DNA of 64,000 nucleotides from Tubulanus polymorphus (GCF_964204645.1 NC_134029.1:17292950-17356949); one strand, 5' to 3'; positions 13,401 to 26,572 are shown, counted from the stretch's first letter. Program-made: numbers and translations. The notes: generated by a model not told the origin, from the letters alone.

Positions 13401-16186
13401 CGAACACTTGGTTGATTATTTTATTGTGTCACCCGAGATCTTTCAAAATATCAATGGTTTCCAGGTATTAGATTTTGAAGCTTTGTTCTCAGACGTGCAC
13501 GCAGCTATTGTGTGCTCCATCACTAGAAAGACCACACAATCTGAACTCACCCCTGACACTGCACGAAATATGTAACAACCTTCAGGATTAAGTTGCGAAA
13601 AGAGAAGATTAGCTCATTCAAAGACCAGTTGGAAAACAAGGAAATTTTACTAAATAACTTAAATAGTAACCTTATTAACGGAAACATTGACGTGGAAAAT
13701 GCTAATCTCTTTTTGTGTGATTTCCTGATCGAAACTGCTAAATCGTCTATGGGGACCAAAAAGTTACCTGCAAATATACCTATGAAAAAACTAATATTTA
13801 CAATGAAAACTTTAAAATAAGCATACTTAATTACCGCCGTGCTAAACGACACTATAAGAGAGTCCGCACGGCCATTAGTAGCTTGAAATGAATCGGGCTT
13901 TCCGTCTGTATAAAAAGCAAATTAGAATAAACCGACGGTCAGATAGACAGCGCTTCAATGAGTCACTGAGGCAGTTACGCTAAGCCAGGCCAAAAGAATA
14001 TTGGAAACTGTTCAGCAAACGAAATAGTACAAATTGCAAGGCCTCACTGTCAAATTTCAATTTCTATACTAGACTGAACCAAGATCCAGGATATACAGAT
14101 AACGAAGGCGAGCCTTTAAACGATACCGCAGACTATATTGATATAGAGGGTGATAATGCACTAAATCGGCACTTCACGCCAGATGAAATTAAGAAAAGTA
14201 TCAATGCTTTAAAAAATAATAAGTCCCCAGGAAAAGACGAAATTTACCAACGAAATGTTGAAAACAGCTCAGGAGTTAATTTTACCGACATTATTGTTTA
14301 ACAGCGTTCTCGATACAGGTATTATCCCATTATCCCAGATAGTTGGTCCATTGAAACCATAATCCCTGTTTAAAAAGAGAAGGGTAGCACTGGTGACCCA
14401 GATAATTATCGAGGAATTACCTTGGTAAGCTGTTTGGGTAAGCTGTTCACCAGCATGTTGAATGATCGCCTCCAAGAATTTCTTGAAACTAATAACCTAC
14501 TTTCTGAAAACCAGGCAGGATTCCGAAAAGACCATGGGATCTTAGATCACATATTTACGCTTAAAAGTTTAGTAGATATGTTTTTCGCCAGAGGGAAAAA
14601 ATTGTATTGTATTTTCATAGATTTTAAAAAGTGTTTCGATACCATATGGCGCAAAGCTCTTTGGCATAAACTCATCCAAACGGGAATCACTGGGAAAATT
14701 CTTTTTGTTGCTGGAAAAATTCTTTTCAGTTGTTATTTAATTTATACAAAGATGCAAAATCCTGTGTTAGTGTAATAGGAGAGTCATCGGGGTTTTTTAA
14801 GAGCTTCACAGGTTTAAGACAAGGCGAGAATCTCTCACCTGTACTTTTTTCTATCTTCGTAAATGACATGGATTGAAGCTCACTTATTGAACAACGGGTG
14901 TCCTGGAATCAACTTTTTAGCAGATGACAATACGCCATGGTTTAAACTACTTATCCTTTTATACGCTGACGACACGGTATTACTTGCCGAAAGTCCAAAT
15001 GAATTACAAACGGTGGTAACTCAATTAACAGAATACTGTGCACGGTGGAATCTAATTATTAATTACGACAAAACCAAAGTCATTGTTTTCCAGAAAAGAA
15101 AAAGCCACCAACAGTTATCAATATATGCTGATGGTAACTTAATTGAATCAGTTGACAGTTTCAAGTATCTTGGTATCATTTTCAGTTTCAATGGAAAATT
15201 TACTCTTTGTCGTAAAACGGTGGCCGCAAATGTATGTATTTTGTATTAAAAAAGGTTCAACAACACTCCCTTGATGTAGACTTAGCACTGCAGCTATATG
15301 ACAGTATGGTTATACCTGTCCTATCTTTTGGCTGTGAAATTTGGGGTGACGAAAATCTATCTATATTAGAAAGAGTACAATTATCATTTTTCAAGTACCT
15401 TTTAAAACTAAGGAAAACTACCCCAACGGTATTTGTGTACGGCAAACTAGGCCGCTACCCTATCAAAATTCTAGTTAAACGCAGAATGGTTTATTTTTTG
15501 GCCAAATTGAAGCTTGGAAGTAAACTATCATCGTATATGTACAAAGCATTGTATAAATCTTATGATAATGGCAATGAAAATAAGTGGTTATCATTTATAC
15601 GCGACACTGAACTGGAAAGAACTTGTCTTGGAGAGTTCTGGCTAGCTGAGAATTCTCCAAGCCCAGCACATACCCTCTCCCTCCGATTAAAAGATCAATA
15701 TATACAAACATGGCAAGCTTTATGTAATCAAACGCGAGCTGCCGACACCTATAAATTATTCAAGACAACTTGGGGTCTGGAAAGGTATCTCACTGCCGAT
15801 TCCGCTGTTCAAACCATGTATTACCGATCGAAGTGGGTCGTTACGACCGTACCCCGCGAGAAGAGAGAATATGTGCTAAATGCAACGCAGCCGTACTTGG
15901 AGACGAATATCATTTTTTGTTAATTTGCCCCTTTTTCAATGACATACGTGCAGCGTACATACAATCCTACTACAAAATTAGACCAAGTCATTTAAAACTC
16001 TGCCAACTTATAAACTCTACAGGAAGAACTCGTCTCAACTTAGTTCTTTATATTAGAAAAGGCTTGAAATACTTTTGAACTATTGTTATATTTGCCATCT
16101 TGTTAAAAACAATTTTTGTAAATATGTACTTTTGCTCTATGCAAATTATTTTTTTGTGAGCAATAAAATTTGAATTGAATTGAATT
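10450..16186 (+). mobile_element. Near full-length degraded non-LTR retrotransposon (RTE-X-like LINE): ORF1 plus APE-RT ORF2
   Basis: ORF1: EARSRRDNLVFLGV, FQRVHR, ITAKF. APE: LNVCG, LTETK, GDFN, VDYF, SDVH. RT: QAGFR, GLRQGENLSP, LLYADD. C-terminal FRCSNHVLPIEVGRY..C..C..GDEYHFLLICP. Ends with AATAAA plus (TGAAT)n tail. Clade assignment is tentative. Confidence 0.9.
11035..11913 (-). mobile_element. Internally deleted hAT-like DNA transposon inserted in LINE ORF1; retains N-terminal zinc-finger coding region (starts 11460)
   Basis: TIRs cagagatgctag/ctagcatctctg; 6-bp TSD ATCAAG at 11029-11034 and 11914-11919. Removal restores EERIIDQEARSRR. Peptide NKFNWHWLE..YIRK..YCVVC..YGSGGK..RH. Confidence 0.85.
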
Positions 16187-17614
16187 TTCTGTTTTTCATT
16201 TAGGAGTTTTTTTTCTGTTTTTCGTGCAGGATAGCTTCTTGAGTGCTTGACGGCGGATCAACCTATACAAGTCCCGAAACTGGTCGAAAACCAAATAAAA
16301 AGCAACCATCTCACCAAGATGTCGATTTAGGGTTACGACATTATTCCAGTAATGAGAAGTATCGAAGAAAGAATATTTTAAGAATTTTATAATCCTTATA
16401 AAAGAAAAGAAATAAGAGAATAAATTATTTATTCCATACATATGATCCACAAACCTCCAAATTTACTTTTTCAGGCATGCTACGAAAGATCAAGTAGCCT
16501 ATTCGTCAAAATATTTGTATAATTATTATTTGTATTATTATTATTATTATTAATTTGTTGTTTCTATTGCACCCTTCTTGCACGCTTTGCACGTGGGTTC
16601 GGTGCCTTGCGATTGTTTGTAAGTATAGCCTGCGCTGGATCCCTCATTTAGCATCTAATTATTCCGAATGGTGAAAATAACCATATTTTGTAATGTATTT
16701 AAATGAAAAATAAATCATTATCATTATCTCATTGGATAGATAACTAACCCATATTCGCGTATAAAATGTTATTTTTGAGAAGTGAAAGGATCTTTTTCGT
16801 TATTTTCAATTTTTCTATTTGCATGGAATCAACACAAAGAGGCGATTTATATCTTAATTGGTGTATTCAATGACATGCATCAATAAATCTTCCCCTCCTG
16901 GTGCATGGAAGTACGTGGGAGGGGATGTATATAGTTGTTCCCACTTATACTTATGCCGTATGTGACCAATAACTATGACCCCCACCCCCCCCCCCCCCCA
17001 AGAAAAAACTTACAAACCTTTTGAACACACATATTAAACACACATCAAAATTTCCCTTATTCATGGGTAATATGCAGAATTGAAAACTTATCTTATTAGA
17101 TATAATATTTAGATTATATTTAAAACGTTAATCATAGAAACAACTGCCCCTGAGAAGTGGCAACTGTCCTGTATAATCTAGTGGTTGAATAATCAACCGA
17201 ATGTTATTTTGACTGTGCCTTTCTTCAACCCGTTCAGATGTTTCACTGCAAGATATTTTACCATTTACAATGAATTCTTGTGCAACAAAATACTAGTATT
17301 CTATTTTGCTGCATTTATACTTAAGCTTTATAAGCTTTATATTAAGCTTTCATGAAATATGAGTAAATTGTGTTAGATTCTAAATTTCTATTCACTCTTG
17401 ACATTCAATAATTCTTGCAAATGAATTGTAGCTGTGACCTAAATATAACATTATATGAAAGTTGAATTGATTGTCCAATTCTACCCAGACATTCTACCAG
17501 AATATTCCCAGACGGCCACTACACTCGAAACCAATTAGCGCACTCTCAGTTAGTCATTAGACAGCAAATTCACTCTCAGACAGTCAGTACACTCTCATTT
17601 GATCCTCATGAATC

Positions 17615-18568
17615 ATGAATACAACTCGGATGAAAATTGGTCGAACTCATACCAGTAATATTGTCATCATGTCTGTGGTGAACAGGTCTGGGAGCTACCG
17701 TACTGTATTATTGGTAATTCTACCTATCTTCTTCCTTTTAGGAGTCTTCGGGAACTCAGCTACTTTCCTGATTATGATAAGTCGCAGATTCCGCAGTTTA
17801 TCTTACGCAAATTATCTTATCGTTTTGTCTCTCAGTGATTTCACGGTCTGCATCAATTATACATTGATGCCTGTTTTACAGTATGTTCTCTTTTACATTA
17901 AAGACGGACGTCCAATATTTATCATGAATTCGCCGATCAGTTGTCAAATCTATGATTTTGGGATGGTGCTTGCAGCCTGCAATAGTTCTTGGTTCATAGT
18001 AGCTATATCTTTAGAACGGGCGGCAGTTGTGCTCTTCCCGTTCACATCTCGTTTGATATGTACGCCGAGATTCGCTCGATTTTCTATATTGTTGGTCATT
18101 GCAGTAAATACACTTATTCTATATCTCACACCAGTTTTGTCAATACATTTTTCCACCCAGCTTCTTGGATGCTTTTATGAATTATTGGATCAAATTACTT
18201 TTTTCACCATAATTATTGTCCTCATTTACGTAATGCCGTTTACTTTGATTATTACATCAAATTCCGTAATAATAATTCATCTATTCAGAGGTTCGAAAAT
18301 TGTTTCGTCTGATCAGAAAACTACAAAATCAAAACGTACAACAAAAATGCTTGTAACAGTTTCGCTCGCATTTGCAATATTTACACTTCCGTCCACTATC
18401 ACTTCATTTTTACCAGTTTCACCGGAACAGATCGATTTTCTATATGGCATTTTCACACAATTCCATGTTTGTAACTATGTGGTAAATTTCTACATATATC
18501 TTTTGCTGGGACGAGAAATTCGAGAATATTTCTGTATGAAAATCTGCTGTAATAATTCATTGAAATAA
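17615..18568 (+). CDS. Single-exon class A (rhodopsin-like) GPCR, orphan peptide-receptor-like
   Basis: Seven hydrophobic segments; GVFGN, LSLSD, AISLER, VNFYIY. Intact ORF; the true start may be the later Met (MSVVN). Confidence 0.9.
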   Translation: MNTTRMKIGRTHTSNIVIMSVVNRSGSYRTVLLVILPIFFLLGVFGNSATFLIMISRRFRSLSYANYLIVLSLSDFTVCINYTLMPVLQYVLFYIKDGRPIFIMNSPISCQIYDFGMVLAACNSSWFIVAISLERAAVVLFPFTSRLICTPRFARFSILLVIAVNTLILYLTPVLSIHFSTQLLGCFYELLDQITFFTIIIVLIYVMPFTLIITSNSVIIIHLFRGSKIVSSDQKTTKSKRTTKMLVTVSLAFAIFTLPSTITSFLPVSPEQIDFLYGIFTQFHVCNYVVNFYIYLLLGREIREYFCMKICCNNSLK

Positions 18569-19187
18569 CCATTGATTTCAAGTTTATTCACTTTCATGTT
18601 TAGGTCAACAGATTCATATCCACGTCGAGATATTTAATTTTGATAATGATTCATAAATGTTGGTTCCGTTAAAAGACGTGTGTACTGCAGTTCAAACAGA
18701 ATCTATTCATACATTTCCATTTTTTAGAGTTCAGGATATATAAACAAATCAAACAAATTGAACGAATTGAGCGCCACAAATCCGCTGCTAACTTTTTTTA
18801 TTATTCAATCCCTTATCTAGATTATGAAAAATATCAAGCTATTAGAATAAATATAATCGATTCGAATACCCCAAGCAAATGATTTTCTATTTTCAAATAC
18901 AAAAACGGTTTTACTCGTTTCTATGTCTATAGGAATCTGATAGATTGTCAGAAATAGCAAGAAACACACGAGAATCTGAGAAAAAGCCTCTGGCTTCAAT
19001 TACTTAAAGGTTAGCTATTTTATGAATATCGTTGTCGCGATTGAAATTGCACTCAAGCGATAGTAAGATTAACTTATAGTTAACTCTTATTTCTGAACAG
19101 TCAACTGATCTATGTTATTAAATATACGGTACTGTTGTGCAGATAGTTTAGTTATTTAGATAAATGTATGGAGTTCATGGCCAGTGT

Positions 19188-19728
19188 TGTTACTGCGTTG
19201 ATGCATGCGTCACACATAAACATAAATAGAAGTAATATAAATAAACAAGTCTGAAAGTGACGTAACTATGTGTCTACGTAGGTAAACCTAATACGGTGCG
19301 GCCATGGGCTGTGATGAGTGCAAAGGGACATTTATAGATAATTGTGACGTGTGCAGATACTTCATCACCCATACATGGATGGGAGGAATGTTGTGACGTA
19401 TGAATACGTTCCAAGCCATGTGTGGAAGAGGGCCTGCACACTTTACTAAAGATAAAATAATATAAAAGGGCTTAAGAAAGCTTTAGAGGGAGGCTGGAGA
19501 GAAGAGGTTTTAGGGAGAGCTCCGGGGAATGATCTTGTATACATCTTGTAAGAGAAAATGAACGAATAGATAGCTTAAGAAATTGTTAAGTTATATACGG
19601 GAGCCTTGTAAGAAAGTCAAGACCAAGGACTGCGATCCGGCCTAAAAGAGTGTCCCTCGCAACATCGTCGAGAGAAATCATTGGCACAACACTGGTAGAT
19701 ATACGCGACCATAACATTGGTGGAGAAT
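19188..19728 (+). mobile_element. LTR followed by primer-binding site (LTR retrotransposon remnant)
   Basis: TGTTAC...ATAACA ends, internal TATAAAAGGG, then TGGTGGAGAAT at 19718 (complementary to a tRNA 3' end, Ala-like). No internal ORF follows. Confidence 0.6.
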
Positions 19729-20479
19729 CCATACCCACAACAGTACAATGCCAATGCTGATACATGTACGTAATTGCTTATTCCACACAGATTTTAACAT
19801 CTGACCTGAAGCGTATTGATGTTAAGTATAATCGGCAGCAGTTTTGCCCGGATAGGAACATTTCAGGGAATCTGATCTTTCCTGTTTAATCGATCAGTCA
19901 TTTCATCTTTATGGGAGCATGATAAGTTGATCAAGGAATTGTGTTCGGATGTTTTGGGGAAAGTGACACAAATCCCGCAAAGACAAACTGTAGTTGGAAA
20001 TCGTAATTAAGACCGGTCTTGGAGTGAACATTGTTTGGAATTTAATGTATGTATTTAGCTTTGTAAATTTGTGATTTTTTTTTTAAAGTCTATAACACAC
20101 TTTGTGTCGCTTTAAAAGTTACCAACGTGAATTCTTCTTTCGCAATTTCGTCTATTATTCAACACTCAATTCAGTGTTCGCATTTTGCTTTATAAATTGT
20201 GGAACCTCTTTTTGTAGCTATCTATAACTAATTTCTAATTCTAAATCCAATGAAAACAACACGATCGCGGCAAATCAGGATGGAACCACTGCCGGGTCAA
20301 AGATGTTGATAAATCGGTCACAACCTGATTTTCTTTGTATCAAGCCGAACCGTGACTTCTTTCTAGTGCCTTCCACAAAACCTGCGTTTTTTTCCAAAAG
20401 AATTTCAGGATCATTGAGTGAAGAGCCCGGCCCTTTTTATTCATCGAAACAAAATGGGATATTTCCGTAAAGACTTACG

Positions 20480-20930
20480 TCGCACAAAAGACATGAAATA
20501 GAAGATAGGTGAAAGTGACGGGGGTATCTGCGTAGGGATGCTGGATATAGCAGCAGCCTTGAGCGCTGGTATGTTTAAGTAGTAAACAAGTGGTAAACTC
20601 ATGACGTATAACATACGTACAAACCCTTAACATAGCTCGGGGTGGAATGGTGTGACGAGAGAATACGTCACAGGCTATGGTACCGAGCTATGTGGAAGTT
20701 TACGTCGCGAGTAACATTAGAACAGTATAAAAAGGGAGGGTTTCGGTACAGAAGGATGGAGAGTGGTGGGAAAGCTTAAGATAGGAAGCCGCTAGGTATG
20801 CAGTAGTGAGAATTGTATTATATATATATAAACTTTATTGTCAATATATATATATATATATAAGCTGATGTTAGAATAAAGGAAAAAATGTAGACCCACG
20901 AGAAGTCATTAGTGTTATTCTAAAGGCAGT
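20480..20930 (+). mobile_element. Second related LTR-like fragment abutting the Polinton left end
   Basis: Shares blocks gaaagtgacg, ggaatg.tgtgacg..gaatacgt, tgtggaag and tataaaaggg with 19188-19716; AATAAA at ~20875. Confidence 0.45.
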
Positions 20931-20938
20931 GGAATATC

Positions 20939-21126
20939 AGTAATAGGGATAATAGGCTTTCAGATCAAAGGTCGAACGGTCGAGCTCGTAAAAAATGAAA
21001 ATAACAATAATTTACAGTTGAATTAGTCGCGCACACTCCTAATTCAACTGTAAATTATTATTATTTTCATTTTTTACTCACTCGCCCCTTCAACCTTTAA
21101 CCTGAAAGCCTATTATCCCTATTACT
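20939..21126. repeat. 188-bp terminal fold-back palindrome of copy 1
   Basis: AGTAATAGGGATAATAGGCTTTCAG...CTGAAAGCCTATTATCCCTATTACT; loop tcgcgcacactc at 21027-21038. Confidence 0.95.
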
Positions 21127-21376
21127 CTTAAGATATTCACATATACATGAATAAAATATAAATGAATAACATTTAAATTGACAGATTATTCAATATAAAA
21201 GTGTAAGCTCTTATAGAATAGATATATAGATATATTTACAACATTATTTCAATATTCATATTTGTATGAGTTAGATTTTTAAACATTAAAAGTGTTAGTA
21301 AAGTGTGATTGAAATAATGCATGATATAAATCATTGAACTTCTAAAATCAATTTTAATAAAAAATTTAGTATTAAA

Positions 21377-24300
21377 ATGGAAGCAAATAAGTACTACTGC
21401 CCAACATGTAATATCAATATAGATAAATCCCAAAAAGCAAGACACAATAAAACTAAAACACATTTAGAGAATAAATTAAAATTAGAATATAAAGATGATA
21501 TATTAGAAACTAAATTAGATGAATTAAAGAATGAAAAAGAAATATATAAATGTGATACATGTAATCAACCATTCAGTGATAAAAGATATTATAATGAACA
21601 TTTAAAATCTAAAAGTCATATTAGAAATAAGAATAATGATATTTTAGGTGAAGATTATTTTGATAAAGATAATGATAAGAAACAGAAGACAATTAAAAGC
21701 ATAAAAAATAAATTAAACAATAAAAGACCATACATGGAAGATGTAAGAAAATATATTAATTCATTGAATAATAAAAAAGATATAGAGATAACCGAAGCAT
21801 TTAAAAGTGATATTGGTCCAGCAGCTATCGAGTTCAAATTTCATAAAGGCAAAACATTAGAAGAAAATAAAAAACATTTAGAAAATATGAAAGAAATAAT
21901 AAAAATAATAACTGATGTTGAATATCCTAAAATAAGTATATCAGTTAAAGTAAAGTTTATAAAATCTGAAGATAAACTATATAATATAAATTCGCATTCA
22001 CAACATATTATTTCAAAACAACATATAGATGATAAATTAGATAAATGTTATAATGAAGTAAAAACTAAAATAGAAGAGAAATATTTTGAAGGGTCTGGTT
22101 TAATATTTGATGAGATAATATTTATGACTTAACATGTTTATAACACAAAATATAATAAGTTAACTAAATCAAAACCAATTGATGAAAATAATGTATCATA
22201 TTATAAAGATCCAGATATTGAAGCATCGAGTTATATTTAACTACCATTTAAAACTAATGCTGTTATAAATGTACAAAATGAAGATGATAAATGTTTTCTA
22301 TGGGCAATAATTAGTTGTTTACATCCTGCAACTTATAATATTTGTAGATTAACTCATTATAAACCATTTGAAAATAATTATAAGATAGATAAGTATCCTG
22401 TTATAATTAAAAACATCCCAAAAATAGAAAGAGATAATAATATAAAGATAAATGTATTTGATTTAATCAAATTGCCAAATACAAAAGGTAACAATATAAA
22501 ACATTATACATTAGAACCTTTGTACCTATCAAAAGATTATGATTCAAACGATGTTATAGATATATTATATTATGAGAATCATTATATGTGGATTAAACAA
22601 ATAGATTTATTCTTTAGAACAGAAAGTGATCACCATGATAAAATATATCTATGTAGAAAATGTTTACATAAATTCAGTAATGAAAGTACATTATTATATC
22701 ATAAACAATTATGTGAAAATCATGATTATTGTAAATTAGTTTTACCAAATGAAAAGGATAAAATATTAGAATTCAAAAGATATGATTACAAAAATAAAGT
22801 ACCATTTGTAATATATGGAGATTTTGAATCATTAAATAAAGAATTAACTGATCAAGATAGAAAAGAAATATATTATAAAAGAAAGAAATTAAATTCTAAT
22901 GAAAATGATTTTTCAGATGAACCACCAAAAACAAATACTATTAAAAAGATTCATCAATCAGCTGCTGCTTTCGGGTTATATATAAAATCTGATTATCCAG
23001 AACTAATTGAAAGTGAATATTATGATTATAGAAATGAAAATGTTATCAATCATTTTTGTGACTTATTAATTGAATATGAAATAAGATTTAGTAAATTATT
23101 GAATACAAATATAGAAATTATAATGACAGAAGAAGATAAAGAAGAATTTGCGTTTGCAGATAAATGTTATAATTGTGAAAAGATATTTAATTATAGAGAT
23201 AATAAAGTAAGAGACCATGATCATTTGAACGGAAAGTTTAGAGGCGCCGCACATGAGAATTGTAACTTACAAGCTAAGAAAATTAATTTTGTACCAGTAA
23301 TATTTCATAATTTATCAGGATATGATGCACATTTATTCATCAAACAGTTATGCCATAAAATAGACGAAATTAATAATGAAATAGAAAGATTAAATTCAAA
23401 TAGATCAAAAGATAAAATACCAACTTATAAATTTAGAATGTTAGCTAAAACATCTGAGAATTAGATATCATTCCAATTTGGGTGTTTAAGATTTATAGAT
23501 TCATATAGATTTTTAAATAGTTCATTAGATAACTTATCAAAATCATTAGTTGATGATGAATTAAAAATATTAAAAGAATATTACCCAAATAATGATGATT
23601 CTAAATTAATGAGATATAAAGGAGCAATTCCATATTCTTTCTATAAAAATCATAATGATTTTAACATAACTGAATTATTGAAAGAACAATTCTATGATGA
23701 ATTAAAAAATGAATATGTTAAAGATGAAGTATATAATAGAACATTGAATATTTGGAATCATTTTAAAATAACAAATCATGGACAATTAGTAGATTTATAT
23801 TTAAAATCAGATGTATTATTATTAACCGATATATTCGAAAGGTTTAGAGATGTAAACCTAAAATATTTTAACATTGATCCTTGTCATTGTTATTCATCAC
23901 CAGGTTTAACATGGGATTGTGGATTAAAATTTACAGATATAAAAATGGATTTGTTAACAAATATAGATCAATTACTATTATTTGAAAAATCTATAAGAGG
24001 AGGAGTTTCAGGTGTATTAGGTGATAGATATTTCAATGTAAATGATAACCCCGGATATAAGTTATTATATATAGATGCAAATAATCTTTATGGATGGGCA
24101 ATGATGGAACCACAACCTTATGGAGTATTTGAAATAAGTGAAGTTTTACAACGTGAAAATAATGATAAATTTGATTGGAAGAAAAGAATTCTAGATATTG
24201 CAGATGATTCAGATACTGGTTACTTCTTTGTTGTAGATTTAGAATATCCTGAACATATTAAATTTAAATCTAGAAATCTAGCATACTGTCCAGAACATAA

Positions 24301-25402
24301 AACTGTAAAACATGAAGAATTATCAAATTATCAAAAAAGAATTAAACCCGAAAATCATATTCATACAGAAAAGTTAATGGTAACTCAAGAAGATAAATAT
24401 AATTATGTAGTACATTATAGAATGTTTTATCTAAAACAAGGAATGATCCTAAAAAAAGTACATAGATATATTTCATTTAGTCAATCTAAGTGGTTAGAAA
24501 AATATATAGATTTTAACACCAAACAGAGAACTGAAGCTAAAACTGATTTCGAGAAAGATTTCTTCAAGTTAATGAATAATGCATTCTATGGTAAGACTTG
24601 TGAAAATATTAGAAATAGAAATGATATTGAGTTAGTTAGTAATGGTAAAAGAATTAGACATTTACAAACATATCCTAAGTTTTTAGGTAACAGAATATTT
24701 GGTGAAAATTTAGCTGCAGTTAAAATGAGAAGAACATCAATGAAATTTAATAAACCAATCTATGTTGGCGCTTCAGTTTTAGAATTATCAAAATTACTAA
24801 TGTATGAATTCTATTATAATAAACTACAACCACTTTTTTGAGAAAAACATATAGAAATATTATATTTTGATACAGATTCTTACATATTAAAGATAAAAAC
24901 TGATAACATAACAGATGATTTAAAAACATTAAAACATCATTTTGATTTTAGTAATTATCATAAAAATCATGAATTGTTTAGCAATGATAATAAAAAAGTT
25001 CCAGGGAAGTTTAAGGATGAATTAGGTGGTGAAGAAATGATTTAATTCATTGGTATTAGATCTAAAATGTATTCATATAAAACTAAAGAACATGAAGCTA
25101 AAAAGTTAAGAGGAATAACCAAAAATGTAGTAGAAAAGAATATTCATTTCAAAGATTACATCAATTGTATATTCAATGAAGAAGTTAGAAAACATAAGAT
25201 GAGATGTTTAAGATCTGAAGATCATGAAATGTTTATTGAAGAAATTGAAAAGATAAGTCTAAACCCATTTGATGATAAAAGATATATTTTAGATAATGGA
25301 ATTCATACAGTTGCTTATGGTTGTAATTTAGATGAATATTTAAAATTTAAAAGAGAAGAAACAAAAGAGAACGAGATAATGAAAAGAATTCTAACGTGTT
25401 AA
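21377..25402 (+). pseudogene. Protein-primed family B DNA polymerase (pPolB) with N-terminal C2H2 fingers, interrupted by in-frame stops
   Basis: GDFES (ExoI), VRDHDHLNGKFRGAAHENCN, FHNLSGYD, YLKSDV, YIDANNLYGWAM, KLMNNAFYGK, YFDTDS. Stops near 22130, 22238, 23462, 24839 and 25042. Confidence 0.93.
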
Positions 25403-25431
25403 TCAAATTTTAATAAAAATATGTATTATAA

Positions 25432-25785
25432 ATGGAGAGTAAACAAACACACAGTGAGAACAACAAATTATTTCTAGATAGAATTAAAGATATCACAAAT
25501 GTAAAATCTGTAGATTATAAATTCAAAAAGTTAACAGAATTAACAATCCATAAGAAATATCTAATTACAGATATTGTTACAGTTACTAATAACTATGGAG
25601 ATAAATTAGTTATACACTTAGAATATGAAGGATTAAAAGGAAATACATATAAATTCAGAACATATTTACCGGATAGATTTCATAGATTATCAAGTGAAGA
25701 CTTAGAAGAATTATGTTCTGGAGATTTCTATTTCGTATACAAAGGTAAGAATGAAAAAGGGCACCATGAAATAGATTTCGAATAA
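25432..25785 (+). CDS. Small Polinton protein, possibly an OB-fold ssDNA-binding protein
   Basis: Intact 117-aa ORF directly after pPolB; homolog at ~42926-43277 (-). The fold is inference from the beta-strand-like pattern. Confidence 0.6.
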   Translation: MESKQTHSENNKLFLDRIKDITNVKSVDYKFKKLTELTIHKKYLITDIVTVTNNYGDKLVIHLEYEGLKGNTYKFRTYLPDRFHRLSSEDLEELCSGDFYFVYKGKNEKGHHEIDFE

Positions 25786-25799
25786 AATATGTAAAATAA

Positions 25800-26571
25800 A
25801 TGGTGGAATTAAAAGAATACAGAATATTTGTTGATTCAAGAAAACTTACAAATTATAAATCTCATAATTTACTAGTTCAATTAGATAGAGAATTTAAGAA
25901 TTGTGTAGATTTAAAATTAGTAAATATAAGTTTATGTAATTCTTTTTATAATATATCGGATAAAACTATTGAAGATAATACTGTTTTAATTCATATTAGA
26001 AATGTAGATAAATGGTTTCATCTAATTATAAAACCAGGATTATATAATTTAGAAACATTAGCTCAAGAAATTTATCGAAGAGCACGGTTGAAAATTAGAA
26101 GAGATGATAAATTTTTAATTAGATTTATAAAAAGTGATAGCACAAATAAAATTAAAATAAAGGTATATGATGAAAGTCAACATGCATTTATGGTAAAAAA
26201 CCTATAGCTAAACTGTTAGGAATTGTACCAGATACTGTTACAGGAAACGTAGATGGTAATTCAAATATAATACCTCTTACACACTTTTATATTTATTGCA
26301 ATTTAATCGATCCTACAAAAACTTTCGAAGCAACTAAAGAAACAATTTGTAGTTCTAGTATACTAAATATTTTACCGCTAAAAAATGTTCAACAATTTGG
26401 AACTCAAATAAATTATAATTTAATAGAATGTGATTTTAAACCTTGCATTCCTCAATTTAATAATTTCAAATTAGAAATAAGAAATCACAATGGATATTTA
26501 ATTGATTTGAATAACTTTCCTGTGATATATGAATTAGACAAAGATGTAGAGAGTAATTTTTTCATTATATA
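25800..26571 (+). pseudogene. Minor capsid (penton) protein, one frameshift at ~26200
   Basis: IFVDS, NSFYNI, PGLYN..LA.EI, then in the shifted frame AKLLG, YIYCNLID, ILNILP, LEIRN.NG.LIDLNNFPV. Confidence 0.8.
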
Positions 26572-26572
26572 A

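Noticed and set aside
20932-20938. gaatatc before the hairpin matching gatattc at 21132-21138, as an extension of the stem
   Set aside because: Needs a 5-nt bulge, is only 7 bp of AT-rich sequence, and is absent in copy 3; may be chance.
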